Virus record (IMG/VR): IMGVR_UViG_3300027798_000035
Coordinates: 8,264 to 72,263 of that record
Length of the DNA: 64,000 bases
Strand: one strand, 5' to 3'
Source of the DNA: a virus
Positions 1 through 9,716 of this stretch are shown one piece after another; positions within the stretch are counted from its first letter, which is position 1, and every line of letters begins with the position of its first letter. The position numbers were made by a program, and so were the translations under genes. The notes beneath the pieces were generated by a model that made no database searches, was not told where the DNA came from, and worked only from the letters and a program-made list of their open reading frames with translations.

Positions 1-168
1 AAGAGCCTTTAAGGTAACCCACTTTCCCATAACATCTGTGGTCTCCTGCTCCATGACTTCTTCCGAAGGGAGCGAAAACCCAGCCATCTCGGCAATTTCT
101 TGACCGTCCTCTGGGGACATAGTCAGAAGGAATGTCCTATGGTTTAATGGCTCATACTCTTCGTTCAT
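1..168 (-). CDS. Hypothetical protein, N-terminal part (runs off window start)
   Basis: ATG at 168 overlaps the polymerase stop (ATGA); frame MNEEYEPLNHRTFLLTMSPEDGQEIAEMAG... stays open to position 1. Confidence 0.6.
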   Translation of the reverse strand, partial: MNEEYEPLNHRTFLLTMSPEDGQEIAEMAGFSLPSEEVMEQETTDVMGKWVTLKAL

Positions 169-2264
169 TTTCCCTTAGCCTCCGACCATGAGTTTGCTGA
201 ATGACAGGATACCTTCAATGGGATACCAGCGATAACTCGGTCTTGACCCATGGCTTGAACCATTACTTTTTGTGCTTCTTCTATATTTTCATTTGGAACT
301 GCTACCACTAATTCGTCATGCACCTGTACCAGTATCTTGGCATTGAAAGGTTTCAATGCTTCGTGGACATCAATCATAGCAATTTTGCAGATATCAGCCG
401 CTGAACCTTGAACAATAGCATTGATTGCTTGGCGTTCTGCTCGTGCTCGTAGACCTTCATCACGACTTGTAAGTTCAGGTAGCCGACGACGACGACCCGA
501 CAAAGTACTCACATACCCGCGCTGTATTGCTTTTACTATTTCAGTATTCTTCCACGCAGATATTCCACTAAATTGTTTGTAATAGTTATTAATTACTTCT
601 CTTGCTCTTTTTTCAGTAATACCTGTAGTACGAGCAAGTTTCTGTGCACCACCACCGTACGCTGTCAGGAAGTTAACTCCCTTACCTAACTGTCGTTCTT
701 CGGAAGTTACATCTGCGACTGGTTTGTTTAAGACAAGGGCGGCAGCGCCAGCGTGGATGTCCTGCTCCTCAAGGAAGAACTTACTCATATTCTTATCCTT
801 AGAAAACATACACATAACCCTTAGTTCAATCTGATCATAGTCAGCCACAAGCAAGGTATGACCGGCTGGTGCTACGAACAAACTCCGGATGCTGGAGTCT
901 CTTGGAATGTTTTGAAGATTGGGGTTACTGGAAGATAGGCGACCAGTTGCAGTTCTGTGGAGATGGTATGAGGGGTGGAGGCTATTGTTGACCAACTTCA
1001 AAAGGAGACTCTCAACATAGGTTGACTTCATCTTCTTTACTTCTTGCCACTCTAGGATTAAGGGAATAAGTGGGTGAGCATTTTCAATGAAGCGCAATGC
1101 CTCTTCGTCAACAGAGGACGCACCCTTGGCAGTTTGTTTATGGGACTTTAAACCAAGACCACCATCTGCCTTGCTTTTAAATAAGAACTCTTGCTTGCTC
1201 TTGTTGCTATCGGGGTTGAACCCTAAGGGAGTGAACTGAGACATTTCATTTAAGAGATCGCGCATGCGACCGTCTAGTTCCCTACCGAGAACGACCATGG
1301 CGCTTTTCTTGACAGGAATGCCAATATCTTCCATGTCCATAATGACACGGAGTACGACCATATCCTGATCAAGGGCGTTCCGTAGACCTTCTTTATTCTT
1401 GATCTTGTTCCACAGTCGCTTGTATAGCATCCATGTCCAGCGAGCATCTAGGTGCACATACTTAGTAGCCGACGAGAATGCCACGGTATTGATGATCTTG
1501 CCAAGTTTGCCCTCTTTGTAATAGGCATCATGACCGTCATAGTTGTGTGCGATTAAATCCGTCAGGCTGTAGCCACGAAGGTTCTCATTTACGATGTGTT
1601 GCATGAGCATCGTGTCCATGAATCCTGACAAAGGCAACTCAACATTTAAGTACTTGCGAATTGAGCGAGCGTCAAACTTGACATTATGACCCACCTTGAT
1701 GATATTTGGGTCAGCAAATAAAGGTTCTAAGGCTTTAAAAACATCAGAACGAGATAACTGTTCGGGTGGTGCACTGAACACAGCGGGGATACGGTAACGA
1801 ATCTTTGCCTCAGATTCCGTTCCATCCTTTTTTAGTTTGCGGTAGCCAGTAGGGGGGACGGTTGAACCGTCACCAACCTCTTCGGGAACAAGAATTTCAC
1901 CGCACAGATGACCCATTGGTATAGCCCAGGAATGACCATCAGTGGCTATACCAATCCAAAAGACTTCGTTACGCAAGGGGTCAAGGGCGATGATACCTCG
2001 CCACTTTTCCATCAGTCGTTCTTGCGTGGCTTCCCTAACCGCTGGGGAAGTAGTCACCATGTCGGCTAAGTGCTGTTTGAGTTCAGTGTTAAATGCATTC
2101 ATAGCGTCTGCATGACGCTCAACTATTCCGCGTGTTTCCACATCAAATGCAAAAGCGCCTACGCTTTGTATGATCTTAACGATCTCATGGATTTCTTCAA
2201 TCGTAGAAACAACAAGGGGAGGGGTTGTTAGACCCCTCCCCTCGCTACGAGTACTTACGCTCAT
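165..2264 (-). CDS. polA: Family A DNA polymerase (3'-5' exonuclease + polymerase)
   Basis: ExoI FAFDVET, ExoII GHNVKFD, TATGRLSSSNPNLQNIP, motif A ADYDQIELR, motif B RQLGKGVNFLTAYG, motif C QVHDEL. Confidence 0.97.
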   Translation of the reverse strand: MSVSTRSEGRGLTTPPLVVSTIEEIHEIVKIIQSVGAFAFDVETRGIVERHADAMNAFNTELKQHLADMVTTSPAVREATQERLMEKWRGIIALDPLRNEVFWIGIATDGHSWAIPMGHLCGEILVPEEVGDGSTVPPTGYRKLKKDGTESEAKIRYRIPAVFSAPPEQLSRSDVFKALEPLFADPNIIKVGHNVKFDARSIRKYLNVELPLSGFMDTMLMQHIVNENLRGYSLTDLIAHNYDGHDAYYKEGKLGKIINTVAFSSATKYVHLDARWTWMLYKRLWNKIKNKEGLRNALDQDMVVLRVIMDMEDIGIPVKKSAMVVLGRELDGRMRDLLNEMSQFTPLGFNPDSNKSKQEFLFKSKADGGLGLKSHKQTAKGASSVDEEALRFIENAHPLIPLILEWQEVKKMKSTYVESLLLKLVNNSLHPSYHLHRTATGRLSSSNPNLQNIPRDSSIRSLFVAPAGHTLLVADYDQIELRVMCMFSKDKNMSKFFLEEQDIHAGAAALVLNKPVADVTSEERQLGKGVNFLTAYGGGAQKLARTTGITEKRAREVINNYYKQFSGISAWKNTEIVKAIQRGYVSTLSGRRRRLPELTSRDEGLRARAERQAINAIVQGSAADICKIAMIDVHEALKPFNAKILVQVHDELVVAVPNENIEEAQKVMVQAMGQDRVIAGIPLKVSCHSANSWSEAKGK

Positions 2265-2989
2265 GCGTCTTCGGATGAAATTGCGAGTAATTCTTTACGA
2301 CTGGGGATCGGGATGATCTCCTCAGTATAAGCACTCCGAAGAAACTTGCCTAAGTCGTCATCGCCCAAGTCCTGAACGCCCCATTCCTCTTCAAGGTCAC
2401 GAGCCTTTACCAATTGATGGTTGGTAGCGGTGGTCGCGCCCTTGCCTGAGCGTGAAACTGCCCAGTAGTGCTTGGGGAGTGGTCCTTGGCGAGGATCATC
2501 ATTGAAATTCTTTAACTGGTCAATGACGCGTGAGCCAACTTCGTATGAACGAAGTACGGGGTCTTCACCTTGAGTCAACAGGACCACATTGAATGCAAAC
2601 TTGTTGCTGGGCTTGTTACCTGATTCGCACAGTGGGCACCCACGATCATCAATATTGGCGATGCAAGTAAATGACTTCTGACCAGTGCGCTCCATCCAGT
2701 GTTGGCGATAGGCGGCGTATGGTGCGGCTTCAAGGAACTTAATAACAATTGGTTCTTCAGCAATCTTGAGGCGCTGTGCGTATGACGAGTCAGTGACACT
2801 TGACTTCAACTGGGAGACACCTTCCCAACCACCGCGAATTACTTTGCGGGGTGCTTCTGCAACTTTAGTTGCTTTACGCACAGGGGCATCATCTTCGTCA
2901 TCGTCCTCAATGGCTCGTGACTTTCTTGGGGCTTCGTAGGCGACTTCGTCTTTTTCAAAAGCGTCGTCGTCATCATCGTATCTCGGCAT
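2261..2989 (-). CDS. Single-stranded DNA-binding protein, T4 gp32-like
   Basis: H...C...CPLC zinc motif, aromatic OB-like core, acidic segments; adjacent to polymerase. Confidence 0.7.
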   Translation of the reverse strand: MPRYDDDDDAFEKDEVAYEAPRKSRAIEDDDEDDAPVRKATKVAEAPRKVIRGGWEGVSQLKSSVTDSSYAQRLKIAEEPIVIKFLEAAPYAAYRQHWMERTGQKSFTCIANIDDRGCPLCESGNKPSNKFAFNVVLLTQGEDPVLRSYEVGSRVIDQLKNFNDDPRQGPLPKHYWAVSRSGKGATTATNHQLVKARDLEEEWGVQDLGDDDLGKFLRSAYTEEIIPIPSRKELLAISSEDA

Positions 2990-3123
2990 GGTGTTTTCTT
3001 TCTCGTGTGTGTTTGTGTTTGTTGGTTACCTGTCGGGCGCCTATTGGCGACCGATAAGTTCTTGGTGACCGAGCATATCTTGCGATTTGCTGTTCGGCGC
3101 GTTTTTCTTAAGAATATCCCAAG

Positions 3124-3552
3124 TCACTTGGGCCAATTAGTTATTGCATAATGCCTAAAGTCATTCCAGTGCTTGGAGTTTCTGTCGTCCAAGTTGAAGC
3201 GCTTTATACAGTCGTTCAGGAATTCTACTTGCTTGCGAGTATACAGGCGACGACCCTTGGGCACTTTGTTCGGTAATTGTGACTTCCGAGGTGCGGATGT
3301 CCTGTAGTTGGTTTTTGGTATCCAACCTTGATGCTCCCACATTCTTAATGTACTTGCTGATCGGTTAATTGCTTTTCCTGCTTCACCAATTGTAAACATT
3401 TCTATATCTATGCCATTAATGCGGTAATTCTTAGATCGCGCACCATTGATGGTATTTATTGCAATTGGTTTGTTTTTACCTCTATTTTTAGGTGGACGAG
3501 AACCAGGCCAGTCGGGCAATCCTCCCATTAATTCAATTGGGTCAATCCCCAT
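3124..3552 (-). CDS. MerR-like HTH DNA-binding protein
   Basis: FTIGEAGKAINRSASTLRMWEHQGWIP...RRLYT. Confidence 0.8.
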   Translation of the reverse strand: MGIDPIELMGGLPDWPGSRPPKNRGKNKPIAINTINGARSKNYRINGIDIEMFTIGEAGKAINRSASTLRMWEHQGWIPKTNYRTSAPRKSQLPNKVPKGRRLYTRKQVEFLNDCIKRFNLDDRNSKHWNDFRHYAITNWPK

Positions 3553-3554
3553 TG

Positions 3555-3719
3555 TTATTCCTCGTAACTAATAATACCGTCAGACAAGTTATCGCACCAT
3601 GCGACTATCCGTTCTTGTTCATCTAATGAAACACCAGTTTCAGAATCACATAATGCATTTGCTAAGTCTTCAGTTGGACATACGGAGATTACTCGTAAAA
3701 GACTGACAATGGCATCCAT
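3555..3719 (-). CDS. Hypothetical protein (54 aa)
   Basis: MDAIVSLL start just after the upstream stop; tight packing. Confidence 0.55.
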   Translation of the reverse strand: MDAIVSLLRVISVCPTEDLANALCDSETGVSLDEQERIVAWCDNLSDGIISYEE

Positions 3720-3721
3720 GG

Positions 3722-3904
3722 TTAGGATGAACTCGGAGTCTCCTTTGTAGGTTTTTTGGTTGTCGTTATGAACGGTACGGCGCCACCAGTGTGTCGGGAA
3801 CACAGAGGTGGACCGTTTGTTGGGATCATCGTCTCCAGTAGAGAGCCACATTTCGGACATTCCCATCTCCCGGGAGGCACTTGATCGGTTGTTGACTTAG
3901 ACAT
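3722..3904 (-). CDS. Small zinc-ribbon protein
   Basis: GGGAGG RBS; WECPKC...LCSRH. Confidence 0.6.
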   Translation of the reverse strand: MSKSTTDQVPPGRWECPKCGSLLETMIPTNGPPLCSRHTGGAVPFITTTKKPTKETPSSS

Positions 3905-3937
3905 GACTGCCTCCCTTTGTTTTAAGGTTATCATGTA

Positions 3938-4372
3938 TTACTTTTTAGGTTCAATGACTTTAAAAGCCCATGATTCCTTCTCGGAGTACAGTTCCTGGAT
4001 TTCTGACTGCATTTCGGGGTGTTCCCAAGCCACTGTGGCGAGGGCATCTTCATCCAACATCTGAACGGTAACGGATATCTGATCCCACAGGTCATTCTTT
4101 TCAGCCCATTCACGGGCTGACTCATGATTCAAAGAAACTGAGACGCGACGCTCGCGCTTTAATTGAATACCACCCTTGGTCTCAATCCATTTGCTCCCCT
4201 TATGGTCGGCATACCCATCAGTGTCAACTAGCGCCGACAACTCTTTTTTCAATTCGTCGGTACGGGCAGTGGCTAAATCACTGAAGGTCTTTGACTTGAG
4301 GTATTCCTCGGTAAGTCTTTGGATGTAGTTGTCCTCAGACGGTGATGGTTCTTGTCTAATAATTTTGGGCAT
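3938..4372 (-). CDS. Hypothetical coiled-coil protein (Gam/Gp157-like)
   Basis: AAGGAGG RBS; helical N-terminus and LDEDAL motif; inside the replication module. Confidence 0.5.
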   Translation of the reverse strand: MPKIIRQEPSPSEDNYIQRLTEEYLKSKTFSDLATARTDELKKELSALVDTDGYADHKGSKWIETKGGIQLKRERRVSVSLNHESAREWAEKNDLWDQISVTVQMLDEDALATVAWEHPEMQSEIQELYSEKESWAFKVIEPKK

Positions 4373-4412
4373 TTGGTCCTCCTTGGTTGGTTTGTCAATA
4401 TAACAGCGCAAA

Positions 4413-5330
4413 TTACCAGTTTGGCATTTGCGTTGAGTTTAGTAGTCCGAGTTCTATCTCGTCGTTGGTCATGTCACCAATATCCTTGGCGGTAGTCCCC
4501 GAATAATCCCACCACCATACACCTTTGCGGAAGTATGGCAAGGTTTTAAAGAACTTCTTTGATGATTGTTTCCCAGCATCATCGTTATCCATTGCAATGA
4601 TTACCTTGTCAGCAACCGACGCAAGAAGACTAATCTGTTTAATACTGACAGCCGCTCCAAAAGTTGCTAATGCTTGTGGCTTGTCAAAGACACTGGCAAA
4701 ACGCACGACATCAAGTGGTGATTCAACCAGTATTGCTGTACCACCTTTGAAGCGTTCAATACCAAACAGGCTCTCGGATTTCTTGACACCAACTGGAAAG
4801 TTGCGTACCCAGTCCCGAGCCTTGGTCTGCCACCCCTGCAGATCACCAAACTGATTGACAATGGGAATAATCCAGGCGGCGCGCGATGTATCCCATCGGA
4901 TACCATGACTTCGGGCTTGGTCGGGGTCAATCGCTCGTTTCCTGAGTTCTATTTCGGGTGCGGCACCAAACTTTGAAAATGAAATCCAATCAACTTCGGG
5001 TTTCTTTTTAACAACTTCTACATCAGAAGTAAGTCTTTCTAAGTTACGGTCAATCAAAAAGTGGTGAACAGCCATAATTGCGTCTGGTTCGCCAGTCAAT
5101 TCTGAGACCAGCATGCTTAAGGTTCCGCGGGCACCGCATGAGAAACAAATCCATAGACCAGTCTCTGCGCTCATGCTCCATGACGGGGAACCATCATCGC
5201 GTCCCGTGACGCGCTTGTGCACGGGACAGCGTCCTGAGATTTCCTTACCCTCGGCACGACGAATGTCTACGCCAAGTGTTTTAAGGACATTCCCAAGATC
5301 AGTCAAATGCGTCTCCGACACCATAGCCAT
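4413..5330 (-). CDS. DNA primase (Zn finger + TOPRIM)
   Basis: CPVH...CFSC zinc-binding domain; VESPLD and MDNDDAG TOPRIM motifs. Confidence 0.93.
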   Translation of the reverse strand: MAMVSETHLTDLGNVLKTLGVDIRRAEGKEISGRCPVHKRVTGRDDGSPSWSMSAETGLWICFSCGARGTLSMLVSELTGEPDAIMAVHHFLIDRNLERLTSDVEVVKKKPEVDWISFSKFGAAPEIELRKRAIDPDQARSHGIRWDTSRAAWIIPIVNQFGDLQGWQTKARDWVRNFPVGVKKSESLFGIERFKGGTAILVESPLDVVRFASVFDKPQALATFGAAVSIKQISLLASVADKVIIAMDNDDAGKQSSKKFFKTLPYFRKGVWWWDYSGTTAKDIGDMTNDEIELGLLNSTQMPNW

Positions 5331-6552
5331 CCGCAGTCACCTCCGAGAAGTCCATGTTCTCCCAGTCCCACTTAATGTGTACTTCACCTGTGGGTGCAGA
5401 ACGAGCCGCGACAACGCGAATGATTGCTTGGTCGTCTAAGTCAGGGTTGCGCTCAACGCCGAGTACTAGGTCTGCGTCTTGTACGAATGACGACGAGTAG
5501 CCGATTGCGTCGGTAGTAATTGCTCGCGTCTTTTTATTACCAAGTTTCCAACTAAGAGCCTGCGTCGTTGCTACGACAGGAATGTCAAGTTTTTGAGACA
5601 TACGCTTTAGACCACGGGTGATGTTGGTTAACGCCTGTGGGCTTCCTTTGGCTTCACCTTCCTCGTCATCCATGAGGTACACGCCGTCAACAATCAACAG
5701 ATCAGGTGAGTACTCCTTGACCTTTCCTGTTAGGGCTGAGATAGTCGTGAGCGATGAGGTGTCCTCACTAAAAATAAATGGTTGCATGTTCTTGCGTTGC
5801 ATAAGGGAGCGACGAATGCGTTCCATTTCTTTGTTGTCTAACTCACCACGCAAAATCTTGTTGAATGGAGTCTTGGAGATGATTGCGTCGTAACGCGCTT
5901 CTTGTTCCTCAATACTCATTTCAAAAGAAACGAACATGGGAATCTTGCCATGAATGTGGCAGGAGTTAGCAATGATAAGAGCAAATAAGGACTTACCACG
6001 CTTTGGCTCACCCACGAACACAACGAACTGTTGCGGTCTGAGACCTGAGGTAATTCTGTCTAAACCAAAGAACCCAGTAGGAATACCTCGTAGGGAGTTT
6101 GGTGTGCTACGCATTTCTTCGTAGCGCATAACGCGCGTTTCCCAGTTTTGAATAATATCAATGTCCCGCATACGGGACACTTCAACTGCGGCTGTTTGAA
6201 TACCAACCGTCAGCGTGTCTAGGGCGTCTTTGGTACGACCAACATTCAACAACGGCATAGTTGTTGAGATGACCTCAATCAAACGGTGCTGGGTATGTGC
6301 CTGAAAGATTTCTTCAATGAGCCGTGAGAAAGTTTCTGCCTCGGCATCAAACAACTGGATGTCAGCGTATTGAGATTTAAATACACGCGCCGTTGGTACG
6401 GCATTGTGCTCTCGGTAAAAGCCTGTAAGCCACTGCCATATGTCCTGCCATGTGTCTGAGAAGTGCTCAGCCTTAACTCCGGATTTTAACGGAGTAGAGA
6501 TATCCGAAGTTTGGATGATCTTTGAAACTAGGAGATGTTCGGGTGAGGACAT
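5299..6552 (-). CDS. dnaB: DnaB-like replicative helicase
   Basis: GIPTGF, Walker A GEPKRGKS, SFEMS, LLIVDG, QDADLV. Confidence 0.95.
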   Translation of the reverse strand: MSSPEHLLVSKIIQTSDISTPLKSGVKAEHFSDTWQDIWQWLTGFYREHNAVPTARVFKSQYADIQLFDAEAETFSRLIEEIFQAHTQHRLIEVISTTMPLLNVGRTKDALDTLTVGIQTAAVEVSRMRDIDIIQNWETRVMRYEEMRSTPNSLRGIPTGFFGLDRITSGLRPQQFVVFVGEPKRGKSLFALIIANSCHIHGKIPMFVSFEMSIEEQEARYDAIISKTPFNKILRGELDNKEMERIRRSLMQRKNMQPFIFSEDTSSLTTISALTGKVKEYSPDLLIVDGVYLMDDEEGEAKGSPQALTNITRGLKRMSQKLDIPVVATTQALSWKLGNKKTRAITTDAIGYSSSFVQDADLVLGVERNPDLDDQAIIRVVAARSAPTGEVHIKWDWENMDFSEVTADGYGVGDAFD

Positions 6553-6554
6553 TA

Positions 6555-6992
6555 TTACCACGCTCTTTCAGACCCAAGTACTGTAGCGCGCATCCCAATG
6601 ATTGCTTGCTGTTCTTGTGTAGCAACATAAATAACATGAATGCTTCTGTTGAAACGCAGGTCTTCTGCCAATGTTTCAATGTCAGGGTAAGCCTCTACTG
6701 AAGTGGAAACGCCCTTACGGATTAGCCAATGTTCAATTTCGGGTACTGCCTCAACTGGCATGAGCGTATAAACCAATGTGCCAATACCGCGTCGGTTAAT
6801 TGAGTCGTTGAGTGACTTCAGAGGTAACTCGTTTGGCTTCATGGTGTTAACCAAAGTCGGCATGTCTTTGGCTTTTGATGCAAACCAATTGCGGACTGAC
6901 TTTGTACCTTTTGGGTAACTTGCCAGCACTCCCTCAAATAAAACAGCCTGTTGTATGGGTGCGTAGGGTGCTAGGTCATTACCCTGCATCAA
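6555..6992 (-). CDS. Hypothetical protein (possibly degenerate HAD-like)
   Basis: Coupled ORF; VLFEGVLA resembles a degenerate HAD motif I. Confidence 0.5.
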   Translation of the reverse strand: MMQGNDLAPYAPIQQAVLFEGVLASYPKGTKSVRNWFASKAKDMPTLVNTMKPNELPLKSLNDSINRRGIGTLVYTLMPVEAVPEIEHWLIRKGVSTSVEAYPDIETLAEDLRFNRSIHVIYVATQEQQAIIGMRATVLGSERAW

Positions 6993-7582
6993 GACACCGT
7001 TGTGATGGTCATGTCCTCTAGGACAGTCGCAACACGGTCACCATACCGACGAATAAATTCAGTTGGGGAGAGGTGGGTTGTAATGATTGTTTTGCGAAGG
7101 TCTTCGTTGCGTCGGCGTAGCAAACTACCAACTTCATGTTGTGAGAATTCGGTGGATCGTTCGTGCCCAACTGCATCAAGCACAACAATGTCAAAAACAC
7201 CCTTGAGGTATTTGACGATGTGTGGCATTGAGTACATCTCGGGAAGTTCGTTATCATTATCAAATTGGTCCTTGAGCATTTCAACATAACGCTCAGAGGT
7301 GATACACCGACCTGATAAGGGTTTGGTGTTGAGAATATCCTTCAGGATTCCAACAGCGATTGGTGTCTTTCCTGAACCACTTGGGCCATGTAAAAACAAA
7401 CCGTTTGATTCACCGTTGGTGAATTTAGCAATGGCGTGATAAGTCTTGTCTGATACCCGAGACGAGTCGTACTCAGCGCGCTCCCACCGTGGTGGGAAGT
7501 TTGCCCATGCAAGGCGCTCTTCTAGCGGACGGTTCTGCCACCATCGTGCAGATTTCCAATCGGTCGGCGGTGCTGAGATCAT
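6989..7582 (-). CDS. DnaC/IstB-like AAA+ helicase loader
   Basis: GLFLHGPSGSGKT, VVLDAVG, TIITT, R..D.R pattern; directly after the initiator. Confidence 0.88.
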   Translation of the reverse strand: MISAPPTDWKSARWWQNRPLEERLAWANFPPRWERAEYDSSRVSDKTYHAIAKFTNGESNGLFLHGPSGSGKTPIAVGILKDILNTKPLSGRCITSERYVEMLKDQFDNDNELPEMYSMPHIVKYLKGVFDIVVLDAVGHERSTEFSQHEVGSLLRRRNEDLRKTIITTHLSPTEFIRRYGDRVATVLEDMTITTVS

Positions 7583-8796
7583 TTTGTGGTTCCCTTTGTG
7601 AGTTGATAATTAATTACTGCTTGCTTGAGCGACGGTGCAAGTTCACGCAAGTTCTTGCGAGCAATAACATCTGCTGGTATTTCTACTCCAGCGTCAACCA
7701 AAATATTACGCACAGGCTCAAGGTCATTGTCAAGCATTGTCGTGCAGTTTGTTAAAAGAAACGAGGCTGACTGGATCAGGGTGTCAAACATGGGCATGTC
7801 GTCAAATGACACCTCAGCAATATTCACCAACAATTCGGGGTACCTGTAGGCAACATCCATTCCTCGTCTCCAAATAATCTTTTGCATTTTTTGATTAATG
7901 CCATCACCCCACGGGAGGTCCTCGCCATGCTCAAAGTCATCGGACACCCATCCCAATATTGGGGATTTCTGCGAGACCCCCGTCATTTTGGACATCATGC
8001 TAATTTGGACTTCTCGGGAACAGAAAGTTTTCCATGGGGATGCAGATTCCATGTTTCGTGACAGGGCAAAGAATTCCTCGGTCATCTTTGTTAGGTCAGA
8101 GACCTTGACTCCAGCGGTAATCAGTCGCTTGATCTGAGCGCGGAATGCTGGTCGTTCACCCACGGGGGTTGTCTTCCCACCGACCCTGCGGGCGGTGAGT
8201 TCAAAATGATCTAGGACTTGTGAAATTTCACTGGTGGTTTTCTTTAGGGCGATGTTCTCATCCCACGGTCGGTCATTGTCAGGGTCGGCACCAAAAGTGG
8301 GCATAGGTTCTCCTTGTTGTTTTCTCGGGCGAAGCCCACAAAGGAAAATGTCGTTAGACATTTTCCTTTGTACTATATCTAAAGTACTATCTATAGAGAC
8401 GCGTTGTCCCTGCTCACAGCCTCGTGGGGGGTTCACTGGTGACCCCCCTGGTAGGTCACTGGTGACCCCCCCTTTGTTTAGGGTCAGGTCACTGGTGACC
8501 CCCCTCTTAGGCTTGCGGTAATTGACAATTATGCTCTTCCCGCGGTTTGCCGAGAGTATGGTTGAGGTTACCACTTTATGTAATTCTAACCACTTAATTG
8601 ATCGTTTAACCGTAGACTGTGACATACCTGAAATGTTCGCAATGTCATCAATTGTCATGATCGGATTACCATCAAAAGGAGTCAGTCGGATGATGCACAT
8701 GAGAATATGGGAATGGGTCGGATTGCCCTTTTTAACGATCAAATCAATCGCCCATACTGGGACCGCCGCAAACGGTCCGTTAAGTTTTCTAGACAT
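7579..8796 (-). CDS. Replication initiator with N-terminal winged HTH
   Basis: AAGGAG RBS; TIDDIANISGMSQSTVKRSIKWL HTH; internal repeats; precedes the DnaC-like gene. Confidence 0.75.
   Translation of the reverse strand: MSRKLNGPFAAVPVWAIDLIVKKGNPTHSHILMCIIRLTPFDGNPIMTIDDIANISGMSQSTVKRSIKWLELHKVVTSTILSANRGKSIIVNYRKPKRGVTSDLTLNKGGVTSDLPGGSPVNPPRGCEQGQRVSIDSTLDIVQRKMSNDIFLCGLRPRKQQGEPMPTFGADPDNDRPWDENIALKKTTSEISQVLDHFELTARRVGGKTTPVGERPAFRAQIKRLITAGVKVSDLTKMTEEFFALSRNMESASPWKTFCSREVQISMMSKMTGVSQKSPILGWVSDDFEHGEDLPWGDGINQKMQKIIWRRGMDVAYRYPELLVNIAEVSFDDMPMFDTLIQSASFLLTNCTTMLDNDLEPVRNILVDAGVEIPADVIARKNLRELAPSLKQAVINYQLTKGTTK
8431..8504. repeat. Three iteron-like repeats (GG)TCACTGGTGACCCCCC; putative replication origin
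   Basis: Copies at about 8431, 8454 and 8487; core GGTCAC-TG-GTGACC is palindromic. Confidence 0.75.
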
Positions 8797-8941
8797 GGTG
8801 GCTCCTTGTGGTGTCGGAAAGCATACACAAGAAAGGGGGAGAAGGTGTTGCACACACTGTTTTCTTTCTGTATGATTTACACACCGAGTTGGTGGTTCTC
8901 CTCGGGTTCGCTGATCTCCTTGCTCAGCGTGGTGGTTATGG

Positions 8942-8982
8942 ATGGGGCGCTATAGTGTAGAGTTATACTATAAGCGCCCCAT
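8942..8982. promoter_or_regulatory. Inverted repeat containing divergent -10-like hexamers
   Basis: ATGGGGCGC-TATAGTGTA/TATACTATA-GCGCCCCAT between divergent operons. Confidence 0.55.
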
Positions 8983-9000
8983 TCCATACAAGGAGTCCAC

Positions 9001-9264
9001 ATGGCCCCCCGTAAAGCAGAAGACCCAAAGCGGACAGCACAGTATTACCGAGATAACCCTGAGGCTCGTAAGAAAAAGGCTGAAACAGATAAGAAATTTA
9101 ACGCTAAGCCTGAGCAGAAGGAGAAGCGCCGTGAACTCTCAGAGGAGCGACGCAAGCGTGGCATTATGGGTAAAGGTGGGGATGATCTGTCTCACACAAA
9201 AGATGGTAAATTAGTTAAGGAAGACCCATCCAAGAATCGCGCCCGTAACCGAGGAAAGAAGTAA
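9001..9264 (+). CDS. Small basic protein (degenerate HNH-like C-terminus)
   Basis: AAGGAG RBS; DLSHTKDG...NRARN. Confidence 0.7.
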   Translation: MAPRKAEDPKRTAQYYRDNPEARKKKAETDKKFNAKPEQKEKRRELSEERRKRGIMGKGGDDLSHTKDGKLVKEDPSKNRARNRGKK

Positions 9265-9266
9265 CT

Positions 9267-9551
9267 ATGGCAACTAGTAAAAAGACTGAAGCGTGGACAC
9301 GCTCTGAGGGCAAAGACCCCGAGGGTGGACTTAATGAAAAGGGGCGCAAGTCCTATGAAAAGGCAAATCCTGGTAGCGACCTTAAGCCACCAGTAAAGAA
9401 GGAACAAGCCGCTAAGTCTCCAAAGTCAGCGTCTCGTCGTGCCTCTTTTTGTGCGCGCATGGAGGGTATGAAAGAAAAGAACACTTCATCCAAAACTGCC
9501 AAAGACCCTAACTCCCGTATTAACAAATCTCTTCGTGCTTGGGACTGCTGA
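9267..9551 (+). CDS. Small basic conserved phage protein (DUF6321-like)
   Basis: GGLNEKGR...RRASFCARM...LRAWDC; family name recalled, not searched. Confidence 0.7.
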   Translation: MATSKKTEAWTRSEGKDPEGGLNEKGRKSYEKANPGSDLKPPVKKEQAAKSPKSASRRASFCARMEGMKEKNTSSKTAKDPNSRINKSLRAWDC

Positions 9552-9715
9552 TGGCTGCTAAAAAGAAGGTATGGGAAACCAAAGACCCCACTAAGTCTGA
9601 TAAGAAACTAACCCCCGATCAGAAGGCTAAGGCAAAAGCCGCCGCCAAGGCCGCGGGCCGGCCTTACCCTAATCTTATTGACAATATGAAAGCGTCTAAG
9701 AAGGGAGGTAAATAA
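9551..9715 (+). CDS. Small basic protein (54 aa), not in ORF track
   Basis: TGATG overlap; MAAKKKVWETKDP...AAGRPYPNLIDNMKASKKGGK. Confidence 0.75.
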   Translation: MAAKKKVWETKDPTKSDKKLTPDQKAKAKAAAKAAGRPYPNLIDNMKASKKGGK

Positions 9716-9716
9716 T

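Noticed and set aside
6989-7582. IS21 IstB transposition helper
   Set aside because: No IstA or terminal repeats; context is initiator-loader-helicase
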